DNA of 64,000 bases from an uncultured virus (IMG/VR IMGVR_UViG_3300030372_002776) (Duplodnaviria; Heunggongvirae; Uroviricota; Caudoviricetes): the IMG/VR virus record IMGVR_UViG_3300030372_002776; one strand, given 5' to 3'. Shown one piece after another: positions 55,201-64,000 of the stretch (the stretch's first letter is position 1; every line of letters begins with the position of its first letter). The notes under the pieces were generated by a model. It did no database searches, was not told the origin of the DNA, and saw nothing but the letters and a program-made list of their open reading frames with translations. A program made the position numbers and the translations under genes.

Positions 55201-58022
55201 TCTAAAGTTAAAGCATGTGTAGCATTTAATAAATTTAATTTTGTTCCGTCATCGCTACTAGGAGCCGTAGCTGCTCGTATAAAGTGATTTAAGGTTGTTA
55301 AAGTATCACTAGGCTGTAAAACCGCTCCTTTTCCAGAGCCAGTAAGACAAGAATATCTTCCAGAAGTTAATTGTTGATCTACTCCCGCGTTGATTGTCTC
55401 ATTAACTGAATTAGTAAGATCAACTTCATGAAGAATAGGTTCTGAAATATCTGTAGTAATACCGTTATTAATAATTCCTATGTTATTAATTTGTTTTTGA
55501 GAAGTAATTCCCATTTCTCTTAAAACAGTTTGAGGGTTAAATAAAAGAGTATTTGATTTTTCTGACCCTCTATGAATAAATTCATATGTTGCTCGGTTTA
55601 TCCCACTATTCCAATCTTCTGGATTAGGTCTAGGATCGCCTGATGTACCAAATGTAAAACCGGGCATATCGTGGAATTTAATTATTATGTCTTTTGTTGA
55701 CCCAGCTAAAGGTGGAATTCCTTCTTGAGTAAATCTTCCGTTAGAATATCCTTCTCCGGGTTCATCAATGGTTATGGTTAATTCTCCAATATTCCAAACC
55801 AAAGATGCGGTTACATCAGGAACTGCGCCGCTATCTGTTTGTGTTCCGTAGACTCTTTTATCTGAAGGATATCTAAATGTCCAACTGCCGCTAAACCTAG
55901 TTCCTTCAGAATCTAACCCAATAAAGTCATCGTCGCTTCCCCCGCTAAATCTAGACTCCATTGTAATTGTGCCATTGGCTGTAAAAGGAATATTATGGGT
56001 TGTAAAATCATCAGTACCGCTGACAATCGCATTAGCTTTAGTTATTGCTGAATGAAAAGGAAACATTAGATTAACAAATGAGTTTTTGTTTGCTCCTGTT
56101 GTTAAATAAAAAGGCACTCCTTGACCAAACCCAGTAAAAGTATTAAAACTTACATTAGAAGGATTAATTGTATTTCCGTATTGGTTTCCTCCACTAGCAA
56201 CAATAGGACCATTCATAAAAGATCTATAAGTAGAATCTATAGATGATGGATAAAAATCGCTATCAACTGCATGACCGGGATACCAGTTGGTTCCTATAAA
56301 GTTTGGTGTAATATTTCCTAAAGGTTTTTCTGCAACGGAAAAAACAAACTCTAATTTGTTTTGAAAAATTTCAGATACTTGTCCAACACCTAATGGATTC
56401 ATATTTGTTTCACCATAAGAAGTTAATCCAAGTCTTGTTCCTGTATTGTCAAATTTTACACAGCCCTCTCCACCAATATCAACGTATTTTTGTATAATAG
56501 GAATTGGATCTTCTGTTAATCTGTCACAAATAAATAGTCCATTAGTATCTTTATTTATTTTTAATTTTGCGTTTCCTCCGGACCTAGCTACTATTTCCAT
56601 TAGTGTTTTTATAGTAGCTTCTTGATCTCCTGTAGAGATATTAAAATCAACTTGAGTTGTTACCGCTCCGTTTTCATACCAAACACTTCCTAAAGCATAA
56701 TTATGATTTAGTTCTCCGTAATTCCATCCACACCCTGCTTGTGTTTGAAAGTCTGCACCATCGGGGTTAAATCGAGAACATCTAGAATTTAAATCAATTC
56801 CGTTTAAATCAATTAGTCTAGTTGTTTCAGTAATTTCAGGAGCTTGAAATCCTAAAGATCTAGGAAAGGCTGAAGTTCGATATTTTATCTCTTCTCCGCC
56901 AAAATCTTTTTCGGTTTTTACTAGTTTAATTCTATATCTAGAACCATCATTTTGAACTCTAGGAATAATTCCTTCTGTTTTTCCAATATCATCTTTAGTA
57001 AATTTTATTTTAGCGAATCTAGATTTATGATTAAGTAATACAAATTGTCCTAAAAAGGAGCCGTAATAATTATCACTACTGCTTGAACTTTCATATATTT
57101 TAATAATATCCCCTTTACTAAAAAGGGGATTTTCTTCATTAAAGTCTTTAAATGTTCTTTGAAGGTTTCCGGCCTTATCGCCTTTTTGGTCTATTTCATA
57201 TCCGTTAAAAAATCCGCTTTCATCAAATTGAATAATAAATTCAATTATTACTGCTGAATTAGAATTTACATCATTATGTTCGTATTCTTTTATAATAATT
57301 GGGTTTTCATCAAAATCTGTTTTATATAATTCTTTGTATCCTGCTTTTACTTCTTTATTTAAAAGAATAGCAGAAGTACCAAAAGCTTTTAATTTTATTA
57401 AATTATTTCCTTCTCCTGTTTTATATCCTTCACGAATATAATCAATAACGTCTTTAGTAACGCTTCCATAATCAACTGATTGTAAGCTTAGGTTTTTTTC
57501 TTCTATTTTCCATACGGTAATAAACTTTTTCTTATAGTTTAAAGAGTATCCAGAATCGTATGAATTAGACAAAGAATTCCAAACATAATCTTGTGTAGAT
57601 CCTTGAACTTCTTCTATTGTTGTGTTTCCGTCTTTGTCTTTAATTTCTACCGTTGTAGGAGGAGACTGAGTAAGTCCAACATTAATAGCTATTAAAAATT
57701 CATTCGTTTCGTCTACTGTAAGCCATTTAAAAAAGAAATCATCTTCATCGTCTGGGATATAAATTTCGGTTCCTGTTGATCCACCAATAGTTAAATCTAA
57801 AGTATTAAATACCATAGCATTTGGAGCTAAATCAACATCCTCAACGTATTCTTCTGCTTTACCGGGAAAATAATCAAAACCATTTCTTTTTTCAAAAGAG
57901 TTTTCAATAGTTAAAAATACATTATCTAATTCCTGAGCTTCTGAAGGTAATCGTTTTGTTACCGGCTGCCTGCCGACTCCTCCGGCAAGAGAATAAATAG
58001 GAAGTCTAATTTGTTGTGACAT
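52293..58022 (-). CDS. Tail tubular protein B (nozzle), T7 gp12-like, greatly enlarged
   Basis: N-terminal 'SLAGGVGRQP...FEKRNG', 'NPGPSAFIG', 'FWRDRF', 'DTDPVDV', 'QNSLHKW'; 1909 aa. Confidence 0.88.
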   Translation of the reverse strand: MSQQIRLPIYSLAGGVGRQPVTKRLPSEAQELDNVFLTIENSFEKRNGFDYFPGKAEEYVEDVDLAPNAMVFNTLDLTIGGSTGTEIYIPDDEDDFFFKWLTVDETNEFLIAINVGLTQSPPTTVEIKDKDGNTTIEEVQGSTQDYVWNSLSNSYDSGYSLNYKKKFITVWKIEEKNLSLQSVDYGSVTKDVIDYIREGYKTGEGNNLIKLKAFGTSAILLNKEVKAGYKELYKTDFDENPIIIKEYEHNDVNSNSAVIIEFIIQFDESGFFNGYEIDQKGDKAGNLQRTFKDFNEENPLFSKGDIIKIYESSSSSDNYYGSFLGQFVLLNHKSRFAKIKFTKDDIGKTEGIIPRVQNDGSRYRIKLVKTEKDFGGEEIKYRTSAFPRSLGFQAPEITETTRLIDLNGIDLNSRCSRFNPDGADFQTQAGCGWNYGELNHNYALGSVWYENGAVTTQVDFNISTGDQEATIKTLMEIVARSGGNAKLKINKDTNGLFICDRLTEDPIPIIQKYVDIGGEGCVKFDNTGTRLGLTSYGETNMNPLGVGQVSEIFQNKLEFVFSVAEKPLGNITPNFIGTNWYPGHAVDSDFYPSSIDSTYRSFMNGPIVASGGNQYGNTINPSNVSFNTFTGFGQGVPFYLTTGANKNSFVNLMFPFHSAITKANAIVSGTDDFTTHNIPFTANGTITMESRFSGGSDDDFIGLDSEGTRFSGSWTFRYPSDKRVYGTQTDSGAVPDVTASLVWNIGELTITIDEPGEGYSNGRFTQEGIPPLAGSTKDIIIKFHDMPGFTFGTSGDPRPNPEDWNSGINRATYEFIHRGSEKSNTLLFNPQTVLREMGITSQKQINNIGIINNGITTDISEPILHEVDLTNSVNETINAGVDQQLTSGRYSCLTGSGKGAVLQPSDTLTTLNHFIRAATAPSSDDGTKLNLLNATHALTLDNDSNSVVLKQIKGSTGAILDIPKVPYITDVNFFAAASQDSLYVNKEMDLNFTEDLKIKYNRSKHQPIGDNIVLSTSTALDIGQSIQNFSLIPIPPTNDDDFTDLNGAEESLSFLYAEDTVGDADGRGKVFVTRESYLTKPSAFFRTVSFEDRGSPFYEQVRAESPYGSFDTRTMPLLFDFVTSENTWRFLKAPFKDRLTGTLSTNPGPSAFIGANNERVRKKINDVTFWRDRFWMCAEDNVFCSKVGDFFNLWIDDPDNIVDTDPVDVRTGRGDLVTISHLVPFESYMFVSTLNDIQFELLGSENQITPLTAELQATAFYSTDPVTQPQLLGSQVYFFAPQKIYLYYGSGSSNVANAAEVTFQAEGYLPKTFQDIATSAIKSLITLVDRENQNVLYFYTSRFSGDKIIQNSLHKWTTDTTDRIKSINFIDDVLYSVVLRPYKKPSGEESSQFFIQKTSVVTEDETYPRIDRRVSMSLFEDLLKVKEIESDWGKILTFTIKSNNTSGYQVGDTLTFENKVIPGSAGGNINTNPGSGLILQVTEVETIGKIKSVALQSGGSGYLLPSDLGIADDSVEGILTADSQLSNLYRKPTNTNVLTSASISGLPDVAPDPGSNPTINTSKNGTFAVRPESVNYKVPQGYRKGDVLEQNTTSGSGTGLSIRITKHEDKNIGDVYSVYGVPVQWEILKHGKGFEVGNRVDFKNLPGTTVAPNFKVKSIITNINFNTVYSSSSGNTTFTLPVHNSKLDKAIVGLNQTDIGEELTIVSSISNNGKKTQVTVSGDQRSSNVTSTEDYGQIEITASSFEDFGRNADRYIQEFLEYGLLFNFLDNEAKKTENWFGTSFTMRATLSELVFRDQTNNALDGVLNIKNISMKFYKTGKFNFEVKRKQYNNNTDIVITDPFYKQRINSESFTSSHLGVQENGEFMAKVMSFAHNAEISFVSSYHEPVNIANIEFRGIFSPRMSSIRN

Positions 58023-58024
58023 AT

Positions 58025-58777
58025 TCAGCCCTTTGCCTTCCAGTATCGTATATCTCTTCTATGACCAAAGTTTCGACGAGTAGCTCTTACAATAGCATTA
58101 TCGCCTACGGAGAAGATATTTCTTTTTCTGTCATTAATATCAGATGCTTTAGCCTTAGCCATAAACATCTGCTCACGGCCCCCTAGAAGCTTGTCTGCGC
58201 CTGCGTCTCCCTGAGTAGCCATTTGGTACATTCTTTCAGCGGTGGCTGTAATGGCCCTCTGCGTGGCTGTGTCGATGTTCTCGAAGGATACAAAAAGATC
58301 CATGAGAACTGTATATTCAGTATTGAGATCAAATTCAGCGGTTTGATTTGTAGTATTATAAAGAAAGTTTTTATTTGCGTCTGCGGTTACAATAGTTCCT
58401 AGACCTGTAAAAGTACTTCCAATTCTATCAAAGCCATAAATAAGCTTTCCATCTGTATCATAATGAGGCGAAATAAGCTCTGCTGAAATAAGAGATCCAT
58501 CTGTAGGAGTATCAGAATATGCGTATCCTAAATCAATATATCCGTTGCCTGACGAGGGTGTAACGCTGCTTGCGCTTAGGGCTGTAGCTGAGGGGGTATA
58601 TTTCTTTTCAAACTGATTATTAGTAAGGCCTCTAATTTGGTAGTCCATTACTACTTGATTAAAAATCTGATTTGCTACTCCTGTTTCGACTGACGTATCT
58701 GTTAACGCTGTAATGATAGATTCACCGGATGCTAAAAGCATTTGGTTAATACAGTCAAGCTTACTCATCAAGCCCAT
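58025..58777 (-). CDS. Tail tubular protein A, T7 gp11-like
   Basis: 'KLDCINQMLLASGES'; position after capsid. Confidence 0.85.
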   Translation of the reverse strand: MGLMSKLDCINQMLLASGESIITALTDTSVETGVANQIFNQVVMDYQIRGLTNNQFEKKYTPSATALSASSVTPSSGNGYIDLGYAYSDTPTDGSLISAELISPHYDTDGKLIYGFDRIGSTFTGLGTIVTADANKNFLYNTTNQTAEFDLNTEYTVLMDLFVSFENIDTATQRAITATAERMYQMATQGDAGADKLLGGREQMFMAKAKASDINDRKRNIFSVGDNAIVRATRRNFGHRRDIRYWKAKG

Positions 58778-58796
58778 AGGAGTCTCCTTTTAAAAG

Positions 58797-58833
58797 TTAA
58801 AAAATCCGACCCGCCCCCTTTCGGGGACGAGCC
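58797..58833 (-). terminator. Terminator after major capsid gene (T-phi equivalent)
   Basis: GGCTCGTCCCC-GAAA-GGGGGCGGGTC followed by GGATTTTTT. Confidence 0.75.
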
Positions 58834-58876
58834 GTTTGAAATGTATGCATGTATATAAAAATATATACAGAAAGAA

Positions 58877-60196
58877 TTAACCGAATGGGTAGTTTGAAGT
58901 ACCAGCGGTTGAACCGAAGTCTGCAACCATATGCATAAGAGCGCGGGCATCTGTGCCTGCGCCTGCTGCACGGGTAATACTAGCGTTCGAGCTAACAAGA
59001 GCAACACATTCTGGACGTAAAGTACCAGTTCCGCCCATCATGGATGCAACGGTAAAGTTGGTGTTACGTCGAACGTCTTCTACGGTATCAACCTTCATGC
59101 CTTGAAGCGAGAGCGCACAAACTGACTCTGGCTTCCACATGATTGATTGTAGATTAGCATCTAAGAAGCCAAGGTTATACTTATCATCACCAATAGCATC
59201 AATAGCTGCGGTAGTAGCATAACCACCATTGTCTTGACCCTTATTTTCACCAGCAATGTTCTTGACATTTCCGGCAAACAAAGTCTTAAGGTGGTTGCTC
59301 TTAACGATAGTCATTCCCATGTAATCAAGGGTATCGCTAAGTGCGTTGTAGCCATCTTCAAGACCATTACCAAGACCACCAGCTTCTGCAACACCACCGA
59401 ACATTGGGCGACCAGCACCACCAAGTAGGGAGGAGTTATCTCTGGCTACACCAAGGGCGCGGATGTCAGCAAAGGTTTGTGGGGTAACAGCGCAGAAAGT
59501 TCCTTCTGCAAGAATGTTGTTTTCCTGTAAGTGAACATGGAATTCTTCAATCTGCTGTAGAAGGAGAAGGGCTGCATCAGTTCTCTGAGCAGCAGTACCA
59601 CTTCCGCTGGCATTACCAAGGTGAGCATGAGTAGCTGAACCAAAGATCTTACCGGCAATGTTACCAGAGCTTTCACCAGCAGTTGCGTTAGAAGTAAATG
59701 CAGTACCATCAGTGGCACCAGCACGAACGAGAGCCGCAAGAATCTGCTTATCTCTAGCGTTAGCAAGAGTAAGACCAGATTGACGAGCAAGCTCACTACG
59801 GTATTCCCACTGTGAAATCATAGCATCAATGTTATCAATTTCAAAGTGAGCAGCGTAAGGACGATTGTCCAAACGAACGGCAATGGTATCAGAACCATAG
59901 CCATTAGTTGGCTGGTTACCGAGTAGCTCTTGACCAGCACCCCATGATGCCTTAAGATCAACAGTACCAGTAACGGGGAATTCCATTACGCGGCCACTGG
60001 AGATGGTTTTAGCAGTTACGAGGGGTTCGAAAACTCTATAGTGATCGTAAGCAGTAATAACTTCACCGGACCATACGGGAAGCCATAGTTTATTAGCACC
60101 AGATACGCCGCCGGTGGTTCCGAGGAATGCCTCTGCGTTATATGCATTACTTGCATTTGCGCCGCGACCAAATCCCATATTAGCTAGAGCAGTCAT
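58877..60196 (-). CDS. Major capsid protein, T7 gp10-like
   Basis: 'LWLPVWSGEVITAY', 'KTISSGRVMEFPVTG', 'YRSELARQSGLTLANARD', 'GTGTLRPECV'. Confidence 0.95.
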   Translation of the reverse strand: MTALANMGFGRGANASNAYNAEAFLGTTGGVSGANKLWLPVWSGEVITAYDHYRVFEPLVTAKTISSGRVMEFPVTGTVDLKASWGAGQELLGNQPTNGYGSDTIAVRLDNRPYAAHFEIDNIDAMISQWEYRSELARQSGLTLANARDKQILAALVRAGATDGTAFTSNATAGESSGNIAGKIFGSATHAHLGNASGSGTAAQRTDAALLLLQQIEEFHVHLQENNILAEGTFCAVTPQTFADIRALGVARDNSSLLGGAGRPMFGGVAEAGGLGNGLEDGYNALSDTLDYMGMTIVKSNHLKTLFAGNVKNIAGENKGQDNGGYATTAAIDAIGDDKYNLGFLDANLQSIMWKPESVCALSLQGMKVDTVEDVRRNTNFTVASMMGGTGTLRPECVALVSSNASITRAAGAGTDARALMHMVADFGSTAGTSNYPFG

Positions 60197-60242
60197 GATT
60201 ATTTCCTTTCAAAGAATTTGACTATCTATATAAAATAAAAAG

Positions 60243-60361
60243 AGGGTGATTATCACACGCTTTGATTATTCCTTGAAAGGAGTCTTAGCGAGGTGTCTTA
60301 CGGCGAAAAGCCATCCATTGCCCGAAGGGGGATTTGCTATCCGATTTCGACGTAATCAACC
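60243..60361 (-). promoter_or_regulatory. Structured 5' leader of capsid gene
   Basis: Closing GGTTGATTA/TAATCACC enclosing ATCCCCCTTCGGGCAATGGAT and GACTCCTTTCAAGGAATAATC. Confidence 0.45.
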
Positions 60362-60365
60362 TAAC

Positions 60366-61301
60366 TTATAACTGACCGCCTTGAGCTTCATAAGTTAAAC
60401 GTAACTTATTCTCAACAGCGGCTCTGTATTTTGGATCTCTAGTATATCTTTTATCTCTCATTGCAGCAAGCATAAGATCCCGAGAACCAAAAGGTTCTTC
60501 TACGGAACCAACATTAGCTGTTGGCTGTGCTTGTTCTACCATGCTGGTAGGCTCTTTTGTTTTCTGAGAGGATACAGAAGATTCATACTTAGTTTTTAAC
60601 CCAAGCATTACGGTCTCCCACGCAGGGGTTCGCAATCCTTCGTTAATTTTAGCTCGTTCGTCAGCAGGAAGATTCTTGGAAGCCCATGACATAAGAGTGT
60701 TAAGCTCTTGCTCAGACCCAACTACATTAGCTGCTTCATTAACAGCTTGCTTCATCATAGCTTTTCTTCCGGCTACAATTTCATTGATAATAGCATCTTG
60801 AACACCGAATTCAGCTTTGATAGATTCTCTTGTAGCGTCTGTAAGATTTCCATTATTATTATCAATTTCAAGTCCCCATTCAGCCCAGTTTTCAGGTTGA
60901 ATAACTTTACCATTAGGAGCCACCGTTTCCTCTGGCTCTTCTGAAGGAGCTTCTGGAATTTCCAGCTTATCCATATCTAACTGAGGAGCTTCCTCTACAG
61001 GAGCCTCTGGCTCTTCTGGAGCCACATAGTTGGGGTTTTCGGTCCCTTCTTGGTATTGTTTCTTTAGATCAGAAACCTCTTGACGGGCCTTAGTATACTC
61101 TGCTTGTGCGCCCTTGAGTGAATCAAACCACGCACCGGCATCCTTAAAGTTCTCAGGAATTGCCTCTCCGTTTTCCTGTACATGCCTTTCAAAGGCTTGT
61201 CTTTCATTGTTTACTTGAGTTTGTTCTGGAGTCATCCCTTGAGATTGTTCCGTGGTTGTTGCTTCTGGAGCAGCCTGTGGAGTCTCGTTATTATTATCCA
61301 T
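60366..61301 (-). CDS. Capsid assembly scaffolding protein, T7 gp9-like
   Basis: Acidic; 'IPENFK'; C-terminal 'AMRDKRYTRDPKYRAAVENKL'. Confidence 0.9.
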   Translation of the reverse strand: MDNNNETPQAAPEATTTEQSQGMTPEQTQVNNERQAFERHVQENGEAIPENFKDAGAWFDSLKGAQAEYTKARQEVSDLKKQYQEGTENPNYVAPEEPEAPVEEAPQLDMDKLEIPEAPSEEPEETVAPNGKVIQPENWAEWGLEIDNNNGNLTDATRESIKAEFGVQDAIINEIVAGRKAMMKQAVNEAANVVGSEQELNTLMSWASKNLPADERAKINEGLRTPAWETVMLGLKTKYESSVSSQKTKEPTSMVEQAQPTANVGSVEEPFGSRDLMLAAMRDKRYTRDPKYRAAVENKLRLTYEAQGGQL

Positions 61302-61310
61302 TTAAATCTC

Positions 61311-61583
61311 CTAAGTTGTCCCCTTGGGGGACGAAAAAAGTATTTTTACTGTTAAGTATGTAACCCATAAAAAAAGTAAAGCGTACAGTAAGCCGAGTGG
61401 AGAGGTATAAAAGCCTCTGCTTGCTTCTAGGGTTGTTTCGTGTAATGCCATGATGGCGTTTGTATTCTCTCTTGCTTGTTCGGATATGCTTTGTTGCATT
61501 TTCACAGCATCACAAGAAGAAAGAAAACCAAATATTCCTAAAAGAAATAATAAGAATGATTTTTTACTTACAAAATCAATCAT
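61311..61583 (-). CDS. Lipoprotein with C-terminal TM helix (u-spanin-like topology)
   Basis: Signal plus lipobox LSSC; C-terminal hydrophobic LGLLYALLFLWVTYLTV. Confidence 0.5.
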   Translation of the reverse strand: MIDFVSKKSFLLFLLGIFGFLSSCDAVKMQQSISEQARENTNAIMALHETTLEASRGFYTSPLGLLYALLFLWVTYLTVKILFSSPKGTT

Positions 61584-62035
61584 GTCTTTCTACCCCCGGC
61601 AGCATTGCCAAAGTAGAATCCAACAATTGCAAGAAGCACTTGTCTGTTTTCTGAAGTGAAAAGATATCCATTGATTGTTTCAAAGGATGTATCTTCCCAT
61701 TCACCAAATAGTCCCCAAAAAGGACCAACTACATTTTCTTTAAGTTCTACAACTGTAGAAATATTAAAGAAAGGAAGAACAAAAGGGGCAATCATGGTGG
61801 CAAACAAGATGGCAAGTACAATAATTCGTCTTGTTACTTTGCCAGCATCATGAGGAACCCTTTGAATGGCCGCATTTCTAGATTCGGTATTAGCACTAAT
61901 CATTTTTAGTGTATTATCAAATCGTTGCTGTTCCATTGCGCGGCGTTCGGCCATAGATCTAAACAAAAATCCGGTAATCGATCCGCCAATCATCGTAATG
62001 AATTCTGGCGCAAGTAAAGCTGAAATGGGGTCCAT
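61580..62035 (-). CDS. Holin-like membrane protein
   Basis: Three hydrophobic segments ending 'LLAIVGFYFG'. Confidence 0.5.
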   Translation of the reverse strand: MDPISALLAPEFITMIGGSITGFLFRSMAERRAMEQQRFDNTLKMISANTESRNAAIQRVPHDAGKVTRRIIVLAILFATMIAPFVLPFFNISTVVELKENVVGPFWGLFGEWEDTSFETINGYLFTSENRQVLLAIVGFYFGNAAGGRKT

Positions 62036-62047
62036 GTTATTCTCCTA

Positions 62048-62503
62048 TTAAGTTGAGGCTACAAATACTTCAAGATCAACAGTAGCAGTATCTGCTTTTG
62101 CTTTTACGCTAGTAATATCCCCGAAGGATATTGCACCGTGAGCAATAACAGCGTTGTTTGCATCTAGATCATCGCTATAGAGAACAAAGCTTTCTCCTGC
62201 TTTTAATTTAAAGTAAGATGCGTCACCTGATGCTTCTAAGCCAAGAGTAACGAAGTTGGTATCGTCTTTATTAGTAACTCTAATATATTTAACACCAGAG
62301 TTAACAAATGTTCCGCTGCTGACCGCAGCACCCATAGCCGCTACGGTATACAAAGCATCGGTTGGAATTGTCATAATTCTATGATCTACTTCGTTTACCG
62401 AAGCGATTGTTAATGAGTTAGTTACGCCTCTGTCTACTCCATTGAGAGTCAATGCCTCAGTGTGAGTAACAGTAAGCGTAGCTGGTGAAATTGTACTTGC
62501 CAT
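62048..62503 (-). CDS. Probable virion structural protein (beta-rich)
   Basis: 151 aa; 'VKYIRVTNKDDTNFV...DLEVFVAS'. Confidence 0.55.
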   Translation of the reverse strand: MASTISPATLTVTHTEALTLNGVDRGVTNSLTIASVNEVDHRIMTIPTDALYTVAAMGAAVSSGTFVNSGVKYIRVTNKDDTNFVTLGLEASGDASYFKLKAGESFVLYSDDLDANNAVIAHGAISFGDITSVKAKADTATVDLEVFVAST

Positions 62504-62514
62504 TTTTTATTTCC

Positions 62515-64000
62515 TTAAGGGGCGGCATCGCCAGTATATAATACGGATACGGGAGTAGAAGTCATAAGAGGAGGACCATCTTTAAAAGCATGATCTGAAG
62601 GAAGGTTTCCCGCGAGGCCCCATTTATGGGCTAAATAACCTTCAACTCTTTCTCTTGGATTATCAGCAATATCGTTGCTAGATCCTAAATCGTAAAATAA
62701 AAATTCTTTTATTGTACCATTAAAATAGTCTTGTCTTGTAACATTTCCATGTCTATCTTCTACTTTTGTAACTCCAAGGTCAACATTTCCAGTAGCTAAA
62801 TTTAGATTTTTATTATTTGTTGCGCTTACTTTTCCATCTCCGTTTACATAAATAGAGCATAATCCATTTGATCCATCTCTATGAACAGTAAGCATATAAG
62901 TAGTATTTGTAGCTAATGCGATTGTTTTTTGTACATTTTGATCTAAAAATCCACCTTGTTTTAAATCAAAAGATCCGTTTGGAGTAGCATCATCATCTAC
63001 TTTATAACGAAGATACCAGTTTACTTGAAATGAAGATTTATCAAAAATAGTTCTGTATGCATCATCTGTAAAAGACGAAGGAGTCGTAAATACAACAAAC
63101 ATAGCATATCCATTTGTTCCTATATTAAATCCTGAAGGAGATGCTTTTTCAAAGTATTGGCTTGTTCCATTAAAGGAAAACTCCATATCGCTAGAATCAG
63201 GTATTAAAATAGTTGTAGGTGAATTTACTGGAGTAAGATCATTTCCTGTTGCACTAAAATCTTTTATATTAACAGAAGTCGTAAATTTATCTTCAGTATT
63301 TAAGTTTCCTTGATATTGTTCTGCTTTATACCACGCTTTTAGTTCTGTATCTGTAGTGTCATCCATAACATTAATTGGAGTTAATGTCCAGCCGTTGCTA
63401 TCAGTAGTAGTTAATGTTCCCGTTCCGGGGGCCGTAGGATTAGATAAATTAACAAAATTAATATAAGAATTTCTCAAGTTAGTGGATGTGCCAGTAACAG
63501 CACCCCCTACATTAACATAATCTTCATCAAAAGATCCCCCTCCAGTAATTAATCCTTTTGCTTTATCATAAAAAGATTTATGGACTTTTCTAAATACAGA
63601 AAGAGTATATGCACCTATATAGATATTTTCATTTACAATAAAAGAATAATTTCTTTTTCGCGTCTGTGATTCTCCTCCTGTAAAATCTGTCATGGTTATT
63701 TCTCCACCAGTAACTAAGCCTCCTGATGGACTAGAAGCAATATTTCCTGAAGAGCCTTGTACACTACTAACCGCTAAGGTTATTACATTGTTGCTTCTAG
63801 TAACGCTGTCCCAGCCAGTCTGGATCGGAGTGGCTATAAGAGTGAGAGAATTAAAAATAGCCTCTGCTGAGTCTTCTAAAGACGAAATATCAGAAGTTCC
63901 AACTAAAGTTGATGTACTTTGAGCTATTGTTTTGCTACTATCTGTTGTAAGAGTTGTAGGTTGAACCCCCGTACCATAAATAACACTATCGTAAAGAGAA
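62515..64000 (-). CDS. Tail or decoration protein with C-terminal LamG/concanavalin-like domain (5' end outside window)
   Basis: The frame of the 392-aa ORF stays open from 63999; 'LKAWYKA', 'FNGTSQY', 'IYVNG', 'FNGTIKEFLFY', 'VEGYLAHKWGL'. Confidence 0.75.
   Translation of the reverse strand, partial: SLYDSVIYGTGVQPTTLTTDSSKTIAQSTSTLVGTSDISSLEDSAEAIFNSLTLIATPIQTGWDSVTRSNNVITLAVSSVQGSSGNIASSPSGGLVTGGEITMTDFTGGESQTRKRNYSFIVNENIYIGAYTLSVFRKVHKSFYDKAKGLITGGGSFDEDYVNVGGAVTGTSTNLRNSYINFVNLSNPTAPGTGTLTTTDSNGWTLTPINVMDDTTDTELKAWYKAEQYQGNLNTEDKFTTSVNIKDFSATGNDLTPVNSPTTILIPDSSDMEFSFNGTSQYFEKASPSGFNIGTNGYAMFVVFTTPSSFTDDAYRTIFDKSSFQVNWYLRYKVDDDATPNGSFDLKQGGFLDQNVQKTIALATNTTYMLTVHRDGSNGLCSIYVNGDGKVSATNNKNLNLATGNVDLGVTKVEDRHGNVTRQDYFNGTIKEFLFYDLGSSNDIADNPRERVEGYLAHKWGLAGNLPSDHAFKDGPPLMTSTPVSVLYTGDAAP

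Noticed and set aside
58768..59007. Alternative-frame ORF overlapping the capsid 3' end (possible 10B-type frameshift extension)
   Set aside because: It runs through the terminator, the translation looks non-protein-like, and I found no clear slippery site
1..64000. Stop-codon reassignment, introns or inteins
   Set aside because: Core genes are uninterrupted under the standard code, no suppressor tRNA is present, and no intein or intron signatures were noticed

Overview
The window is most of the genome of a large, AT-rich T7-like podophage (Autographiviridae-like). Every credible gene is on the minus strand, and the assembly is circularly permuted. In transcription order the genome probably begins in a GC-rich non-coding block (~26,030-25,180). 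It then runs through small early genes, thyX, DUF932, a single-subunit RNA polymerase, SSB, RusA, four tRNAs, primase-helicase, DNA polymerase A, exonuclease, class II RNR and portal. It resumes at the right edge with a LamG-type tail protein, lysis-like membrane proteins, scaffold, capsid, tail tubes and fibres, terminase and internal virion proteins. The main observation is an ECF-sigma-like region 2 plus region 4 module, with a zincin motif, embedded in the 3235-aa internal virion protein; the phage also has two free-standing sigma-like genes and its own T7-type RNAP. Other highlights: several structured non-coding RNAs, tRNAs that abut start codons (including a rare tRNA-Ile(UAU)), a phage Flp pilin, an entericidin-like lipoprotein, and motifs hinting at a Planctomycetota host. 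All calls come from reading motifs by eye; no database searches were run.
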